The notes under the pieces were generated by a model. It was not told the origin of the DNA, searched no databases, and saw nothing but the letters and a program-made list of their open reading frames with translations. The position numbers and the translations under genes were made by a program. A DNA stretch of 64,000 nucleotides, taken from positions 34,469-98,468 of the forward strand of contig JACPOW010000010.1 of the NCBI GenBank assembly GCA_016191335.1, written 5' to 3'. This document shows positions 58,087 to 64,000 of the stretch, piece by piece (the stretch's first letter is position 1; each line of letters opens with the position of its first letter). The DNA is from Elusimicrobiota bacterium (GTDB lineage Bacteria > Elusimicrobiota > Elusimicrobia > UBA1565 > UBA9628).

Positions 58087-59072
58087 TCGCGGGCGCCGCC
58101 CTCGCCGTGCTGCTCGCCGCGCCCGCAAGCGCGCTGTCGCCGTTCGTCGAGCAGCTCCGCAAGGCCGAGGCGCGCGACGCCGCCGACCCGGAGAGGGTGG
58201 AGTACGCGACGCGCGCCCTGCGCGCCTGGATGCCCGAGGACGGCCGCCCGCTGCTCGCCCACGCCCACTTCGCGCGCGCGGAGGGGGAGTCGGCCTTGTT
58301 CGACGACGCGGCCGCGGAGGAGGACCTCACGAAGGCGCTCGAAATCGACCCCCGCAACGAGCGCGCGATCCTCATGCGCGCCCGCGCGCGCGCGGCCCTC
58401 GGCCGCGGCGCCGAGGCCGAGCGCGACGCCCTCGAGTTCCTCTCCACGCGGCACGACGACCCCGAGGGCTGGCTCGCGCTCGGAGAGGCCCGCCTCGCCC
58501 AAGGCCCGGCGAAGTCCGACCGCGAGGCCCGCGCCGCCTTCGCCAAGGCGGCGAAGTTCCTCGGCTCCGAGGACCCGCGGCCGAGCCTCGGCGAGGGCCG
58601 CGCCTTCCTGTCGGCGCGCCGCCACCAGGAGGCCCTGGCCGCCCTGTCCGCCGCCGCCGAGCGCCCGCAGAAGCGCCGGGCCGAGATCCTGACCTGGCGC
58701 TCGCGCGCCTACTCCGCGCTCGGCGACTGGGAGGCCGCGCAGCGCGACCTGACCCGGGCCCTGCCGGACCTGGAGCGGACCCTCGACGAGCGCCGCCGCG
58801 CGGGCGCGGCCCCGCGGGGGCTCAACGCCGCCCGCGTGACCTTGGCCGACGCCTATTTCCGCCGCGGCCTCGCCAACGAGGCGCTCAAGGCCAAGGACCC
58901 GGCCCTGGCCGACCACCGCGCGGCCTGCGACCTCGGCCTGCGCCCGGCCTGCGCCCGCGTCGCGGCCCTCGAGAAGCCCGAGCCGAAGGCCGCGCCCGCG
59001 CCCAAGGCGAAGAAGGCCCCGCGCAAGAAGAACCCCAAGGGCGACGCCGGCGAGCGCATCTATGCGAACTAG
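58083..59072 (+). CDS. Exported TPR-like protein with Lys/Pro/Ala-rich C-terminal tail
   Basis: ATG 58083 overlaps the LOG stop (ATGA). Signal peptide MIAGAALAVLLAAPASA. TPR-like ALEIDPRNERAILMRARARAALGRGAEAERD. Confidence 0.5.
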   Translation: MIAGAALAVLLAAPASALSPFVEQLRKAEARDAADPERVEYATRALRAWMPEDGRPLLAHAHFARAEGESALFDDAAAEEDLTKALEIDPRNERAILMRARARAALGRGAEAERDALEFLSTRHDDPEGWLALGEARLAQGPAKSDREARAAFAKAAKFLGSEDPRPSLGEGRAFLSARRHQEALAALSAAAERPQKRRAEILTWRSRAYSALGDWEAAQRDLTRALPDLERTLDERRRAGAAPRGLNAARVTLADAYFRRGLANEALKAKDPALADHRAACDLGLRPACARVAALEKPEPKAAPAPKAKKAPRKKNPKGDAGERIYAN

Positions 59073-60255
59073 TCTCCTCGCCCTGCTCTTAGCCCTGGCG
59101 CCCGTGTCGGCCCACGCGGGCGGGGCGAAGACGTCCCCGGCGGCCGAGGCGCAGCTCGACGCGGGGCTGACCGCGCTGTACAGCCTCGACTACGCCGAGG
59201 CCCGCCGCGCCTCGCGCAAGCTCATCGAGCTCGAGCCCGACAACCCCTTCGGCTACCTGTTCGAGGCCGGCGCCATCTGGTGGCAGGCCTCCCAGGAGTA
59301 CGGCCTGTTCAAGGACACCCCGACGCTCCAGGGACTCTTCGAGCAGGACATCGAGGCCGGCGTGCGCAAGGCCGAGGCGTACATCGACTCCAAGGACAAG
59401 CAGACCCGGGCCGACGGCTATTTCGTCTCGGGCATGACCCTCGGCACGCGCGGCCAGTGGAACCTCATGAAGGGGAAGTGGCTCGACGCCTACTTCGACG
59501 GGAAGAAGGCGATGAAGCACCTCAAGAAGTGCGTCAAGATCGACGACGAGTACGAGGACGTCTACCTCGGCCTAGGCGTCTTCGACTACCAGGCCGCGCA
59601 CCTCCAGGGCATCGCCAAGCTGGGCGTGCTGTTCGGCCTGCGCGGCGACGAGAAGCGGGGCCTGGAGCGCATCCAGCGCGCGGTGGACAAGGCCGGCTTC
59701 GCGCGGCGGCAGGCGGCGCAGATGCTGACCTCGATCTACCTCCTCGACCTGCACGACGACGCGCGCGCCCTGCCCCTGATCGAGGGCCTGCGCAAGGATT
59801 TTCCGGGAAGCCCCTACTTCCTCTTCCTCGAGGCGCTGGTCCGCCACCGCCTCGGCGACTGGGACGGCTCGCTGGCCGTCGGCCGGGAGCTGCACAAGAT
59901 CGTCGCCGCCGACCCGAAGGCCTTCCGCCACAAGTGGCTGACCTTGGCGTGCGGCCTGTCGGGCTCCGACTGCCTCGCCAAGGGGGAGATGGAGCGGACC
60001 TTGGCCTGGCTCGACCACGCGGTCGAGACGACGGCGAAGGAAAAGCCGGGCACCTTCCGGTCCTTGCTCCACCTCCTGCGCGGCGTGACGCTCGACGTGC
60101 TCGGCCGGCGCGACGAGGCGGTGAAGGACTATCAGCGCGCCGAGTTCCTGCCGCCGCTCGGGGAATCCCGGGAGATCGCCCGCGCCTGCCTGGCCGCGCC
60201 GTGCGACCGCGCCGAGGTGCTCAAGCGCCTGCGCGCGATGTCTAAGGAAGAGTAG
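59062..60255 (+). CDS. Exported helical-repeat (TPR-like) protein, hypothetical
   Basis: Signal peptide MRTSLLALLLALAPVSAHA. 397 aa. 11-nt overlap with the upstream gene. Confidence 0.45.
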   Translation: MRTSLLALLLALAPVSAHAGGAKTSPAAEAQLDAGLTALYSLDYAEARRASRKLIELEPDNPFGYLFEAGAIWWQASQEYGLFKDTPTLQGLFEQDIEAGVRKAEAYIDSKDKQTRADGYFVSGMTLGTRGQWNLMKGKWLDAYFDGKKAMKHLKKCVKIDDEYEDVYLGLGVFDYQAAHLQGIAKLGVLFGLRGDEKRGLERIQRAVDKAGFARRQAAQMLTSIYLLDLHDDARALPLIEGLRKDFPGSPYFLFLEALVRHRLGDWDGSLAVGRELHKIVAADPKAFRHKWLTLACGLSGSDCLAKGEMERTLAWLDHAVETTAKEKPGTFRSLLHLLRGVTLDVLGRRDEAVKDYQRAEFLPPLGESREIARACLAAPCDRAEVLKRLRAMSKEE

Positions 60256-60982
60256 GGGGGGCTTCGCCGCCGCCGAGGCCGCGCAGCTCCGCGATCTCGC
60301 GGCGCAGCGAAGCGCTCACGGCGGAGGCGCGCCGGATCGTCATCGTCATCCGCTCCCGCTCCGAGCGCCAGCGGTCGCGCTCGGTCTGCTGCTCGCGGGA
60401 CAGCTGCTCGGCCCGCGTGAGCGCCGCCTCGAGCCGGCGGGTCAGGCCCTGGATGTCGCCCTGGGCGCGGGCCTCGCGCGCGCCGGCCTCGGCGGCGGCG
60501 CGGTCGAGCGCGGCGTGGACCGAGCGCAGGTCCCGGCGCAGCGCGTCCTCCACCTCGCGGCGCGTCAGCTCGCTCTGCTCCACGGCCTCCTCGGCCTTGC
60601 GGCGCAGGGAGTTCAGGCGCACGAACTCCGCCTGCTGGATCGAGAGCCGTCCGTTCATCGCGGCCGCCTCCGCGGCGGCGGCCTGCTTGGCCTTCATCGC
60701 GTCAGCCTCGGCCTTCTGGACCCGCTCGGCCAGGGCCGGGTCGGGACGGGCCCCTTCGGAGCGGGCCAGCAGCTCCGCGCGCTCGCGCTCGAGCTCCCGC
60801 ACCCGCGCGTGGGCCGCCTCGAGCTCGCGGGCCTTGTCCTCCAGGGCGCGCCGCGCGGCGTCCAGCGCCGCGCTCAGGCCGGAGGGGTCCGCCGCGGGGC
60901 CGGGGGCCCCGCTCTCCCGGCGCAAGGCGGCCAGGGCCAGGGCCGCTCCCTGAAGGCTCCGCCGGGCTTCGTCGATTCCCAT
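60242..60982 (-). CDS. Coiled-coil protein (Ala/Arg/Glu-rich, 246 aa)
   Basis: Heptad-like ELEAAHARVRELERERAELLARSEG.... Convergent 14-nt overlap with the 59062..60255 gene. Confidence 0.45.
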   Translation of the reverse strand: MGIDEARRSLQGAALALAALRRESGAPGPAADPSGLSAALDAARRALEDKARELEAAHARVRELERERAELLARSEGARPDPALAERVQKAEADAMKAKQAAAAEAAAMNGRLSIQQAEFVRLNSLRRKAEEAVEQSELTRREVEDALRRDLRSVHAALDRAAAEAGAREARAQGDIQGLTRRLEAALTRAEQLSREQQTERDRWRSERERMTMTIRRASAVSASLRREIAELRGLGGGEAPPTLP

Positions 60983-61046
60983 CCCCGAAGCATAGCCCTT
61001 CGGGCGGGGAAGGTGTTTACGATTCTGTTTCGCCTCCTTAAATAAC

Positions 61047-61078
61047 GCCTTGAATTTGTAACAGAAGGGCTCTATCCT
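61047..61078 (+). promoter_or_regulatory. Second copy of GCCTTGAATTTGTAACA (-35 TTGAAT) + 17 nt + TATCCT, followed by SD AGGGGGAA and ATG 61087
   Basis: Exact 17-nt identity with 48017-48033. Confidence 0.35.
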
Positions 61079-61086
61079 TAGGGGGA

Positions 61087-61767
61087 ATGAGCGCGGACGA
61101 CAAGAACATGGATTGGCTGGGGAACCTGACCTGGCAAGGCTATCCCCGTCTCGCCCCGGTGCGGGACATGTCCGCCGTCCCGGACGCGCCGGACGCCCCG
61201 CGCCCCCGCAAGGGGAACGACGTGCGGGTCGAGACCTTGGCCCGGGAGAACGAGGCCCTGCGCGCCAAGCTCGACGCCATGGCCGGGCTCGCCGCCGAGT
61301 TCGAACGCCGCCTCTCCGAGGCCGCCTCCGCCTACGAGGGCGCCGCGCTGGAGTCGGATTCCGCGCGCCGCTCGACCGAGCTCGAGAACGCCCGCCTGGC
61401 CGGAGAGCTGGAGAGCGCCCGCGCCGAGCTCGCCCGCCGCGAATCCCGCGAGCACATCCGGGAATCCGACCTCGCGCTCGAGCGCGAACGCCGCGCCGAC
61501 GCGGAGAAGGCTCTCGTCGAGGCCCGGCGCCGCGTCAACGACCTGGAGGCCGATCTGGCCGCCGTCCGCAGCAAGGCGGGGGAGCTGTCCGGCAGCGTCG
61601 GCGAGCTGCGCCGCCAGGCCTCGGCGTCGCACGAGCGCCTCATGCAGGCCAAGACCCTCACCGACCAGGACGTTCAGATCCTGCGCGCCGAGATGCGGGA
61701 GTTCCTCGCCAAATTCCACCGGATCCAAGAGACGTTCGCCGAGAACCAGCCCGGAGAGAACCGATGA
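61087..61767 (+). CDS. Coiled-coil protein (226 aa)
   Basis: ETLARENEALRAKLDAMAGLAAEFERRLSEA...; heptad periodicity. Confidence 0.45.
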   Translation: MSADDKNMDWLGNLTWQGYPRLAPVRDMSAVPDAPDAPRPRKGNDVRVETLARENEALRAKLDAMAGLAAEFERRLSEAASAYEGAALESDSARRSTELENARLAGELESARAELARRESREHIRESDLALERERRADAEKALVEARRRVNDLEADLAAVRSKAGELSGSVGELRRQASASHERLMQAKTLTDQDVQILRAEMREFLAKFHRIQETFAENQPGENR

Positions 61768-62813
61768 AATACTGGACCTACATGAAGGGCGAGGTGCCCG
61801 GCAGCTACGAGCCCGAGGCCCTGGCCGCCCTTCCCGGCTTCACGATGACCACCCTCGTCTGCCCCGGAGAGGGGGAGATCGCCGAGAAGAACTGGCGCCG
61901 CGCCGGCGAGTTCGAGGACATCGTCCGCGCCCTCGACGCGCACCAGGCCATGACCCCGCCCTTCGCGCCCCTGGGAGCGCCCCCGACCTCCAACGACGTG
62001 GACGCCCTCCTCGACGGCGCGAGCACCCGCCTGTTCTCCCACGTCGCCGACCTCATGAAGGAGCTCGAGACGCGCCGCGACGAGAAGTCGCTCGTGACCT
62101 CCCTCCAGCGCCAGATCTCCGCCCTCAAGGCCGAGCTCGCCGCCGCCCGCGAGACCGCCACCATGCTCGAGATCCGCATCCCGCGCATCGCCGAGCTCGA
62201 GGAGGCCCTCAGCAAGAACCAGGCCGCCCTGGCCCAGGCCCAGGCCAACCTCGCCGCCCGCGAAGGCCAGCTCAGCGAGATCCGCATGGCCGCGGAGAAG
62301 ATGCGCGGCGAGCTCGACACGGCCAAGCGCCGCGCCCAGCAGTCGGAGGGGGACCTCGCGATCCGCAACCGCCTGGTCGACAAGCTCTCCAAGGAGCTCT
62401 CCGACAAGGAGCTCTCCTTGGCCAAGGCCCTCGGCGTGATCCGCCGCCTCGAGGAGGACCTCAACCGCCTTTGCCCGTCCCCGGAGCTGCTGCGGGCCGC
62501 CGCCGCCGAGCCCACGCCCGCGCCCCGTCCCGCTCCCGTCCGGGCCGCCCCACCGCCGCCGCCTCCGCCGCCCCCGGCCCCGGCCGCGCCCGAGGCCCCC
62601 GCTCCCGAGGTCGTCGAGCCCGTCGTCCGCCGCGTGCTCTCCGTCCCCGAGTTCAAGACGCCCGTCCCGCCGCCGCCCATCGGGACCTTCACCAACGACG
62701 ACCCGCCTCCCGCCCCGCCCTACCTCGAGCCCCAGCATCCGGCCGAGCAGCCCAAGGCCCAGGAGGCTCTCATGGGCTTCCTCCGGCGCGTCTTCCCCGG
62801 CCAGAACCACTAG
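61764..62813 (+). CDS. Coiled-coil protein with Pro-rich C-terminal region (PPPPPPPPP)
   Basis: ATG 61764 overlaps the upstream stop (ATGA). MKYWTYMKGEVPGSYEPEAL...; central coiled coil; PAPRPAPVRAAPPPPPPPPPAPAAPEAP. Confidence 0.45.
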   Translation: MKYWTYMKGEVPGSYEPEALAALPGFTMTTLVCPGEGEIAEKNWRRAGEFEDIVRALDAHQAMTPPFAPLGAPPTSNDVDALLDGASTRLFSHVADLMKELETRRDEKSLVTSLQRQISALKAELAAARETATMLEIRIPRIAELEEALSKNQAALAQAQANLAAREGQLSEIRMAAEKMRGELDTAKRRAQQSEGDLAIRNRLVDKLSKELSDKELSLAKALGVIRRLEEDLNRLCPSPELLRAAAAEPTPAPRPAPVRAAPPPPPPPPPAPAAPEAPAPEVVEPVVRRVLSVPEFKTPVPPPPIGTFTNDDPPPAPPYLEPQHPAEQPKAQEALMGFLRRVFPGQNH

Positions 62814-62907
62814 GCCGCCGGGCGTTCCCGCCCGTCCCCGACGGATGACCATCCGCCGGCCCCGCCCGCATCACCCTCGCCTCTGAACTGGCAGTCGAAC
62901 GATTCGA

Positions 62908-62937
62908 TTGACAACTTTCGGAGCCTCATGTTATAAT
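62908..62937 (+). promoter_or_regulatory. Sigma70 promoter of groESL: TTGACA-N18-TATAAT
   Basis: TTGACA 62908-62913; TATAAT 62932-62937. Confidence 0.6.
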
Positions 62938-62963
62938 TAGCACTAGATGGCGGCGAGTGCCAG
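62937..62963 (+). promoter_or_regulatory. CIRCE-like inverted repeat (HrcA operator) TTAGCACTA-N9-GAGTGCCAG; degenerate right arm (consensus GAGTGCTAA)
   Basis: Immediately after the -10 hexamer and upstream of groES; 9-nt spacer as in CIRCE. Confidence 0.45.
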
Positions 62964-63013
62964 TAAACTCCTCGCCGGAATTTAAGACGGTAAGATACCC
63001 GGAGGTAATTCAG

Positions 63014-63325
63014 ATGGCCGAAGCGACTCTCTCGAAAGTGAAGATCCAGCCCCTCGGCGACCGCGTGCTCGTCAAGCCCGTGGAAGCGAAGGAGACGAAG
63101 CGCGGCGGGATCATCATCCCGGACTCCGCGAAGGAAAAGCCGCAGGAAGGCATGATCGCGGCGTGCGGCAAGGGCAAGACGACCGAAGACGGCAAGGTGA
63201 TCGCGCTCGACGTCAAGGTCGGCGACAAGATCCTGTACGGCAAGTACTCGGGCTCCGAGATCAAGCTGGACGATGAGGATTATCTCATCATGCACCAGGA
63301 CGACATCCTGGGCATCCTGAAGTAA
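63014..63325 (+). CDS. groES: Co-chaperonin GroES
   Basis: [54 protein letters not shown]...; SD GGAGG at 63001-63005. The track ORF is N-extended. Confidence 0.9.
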   Translation: MAEATLSKVKIQPLGDRVLVKPVEAKETKRGGIIIPDSAKEKPQEGMIAACGKGKTTEDGKVIALDVKVGDKILYGKYSGSEIKLDDEDYLIMHQDDILGILK

Positions 63326-63342
63326 AGCACCCCCATATATAG

Positions 63343-64000
<658 letters not shown>

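Overview
High-GC (about 68-70%) bacterial chromosomal window, almost entirely coding, with strongly strand-polarised blocks: minus strand up to about 22 kb and again for 30.8-46 kb, plus strand from about 46 kb onward. Many adjacent genes overlap by 4 nt (ATGA or GTGA start/stop), implying long translationally coupled operons. The six-frame track allows GTG/TTG starts and contains many long spurious alternate-frame and antisense ORFs typical of high-GC DNA. Main content in order: (1) a response-regulator-led cluster encoding an NHL/Ig-like protein with a T9SS-type C-terminal sorting domain, followed by a PorV/PorQ-like outer-membrane protein. (2) A roughly 12 kb MoxR-DUF58-vWA Bat-like operon ending in two tandem DUF2723(GT-C-like)+TPR paralogs. 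(3) A caspase-domain lipoprotein / GNAT / ceramidase-like trio. (4) A low-GC islet, Qor, and ExbB-ExbD-TonB. (5) A GAF histidine kinase abutting a 3.6 kb low-GC island bounded by a 44-bp direct repeat of the 5-prime half of tRNA-Ser(GCT); the island carries a Doc/AbrB toxin-antitoxin pair, a frameshifted SEC-C-motif gene and paired TGGTCAC motifs near both ends. (6) An outer-membrane beta-barrel gene, a DUF962 gene, a DinG-like helicase, and an 11.5 kb gene for a 3,846-aa secreted, mostly alpha-helical protein with TolC/OEP-like segments, bracketed by two copies of a REP-like palindromic repeat. (7) ClpS, an aldo-keto reductase, a 975-aa TPR protein, MetF, an orphan Omp85, a TatT-like lipoprotein with TRAP transporter (DctPQM), LOG, TPR-like proteins, three coiled-coil proteins, and groES-groEL with a sigma70 promoter and CIRCE-like operator. 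The most unusual element is the giant TolC-like protein; the tRNA-Ser island and the Bat-like operon variant are next. No CRISPR array or rRNA was seen.
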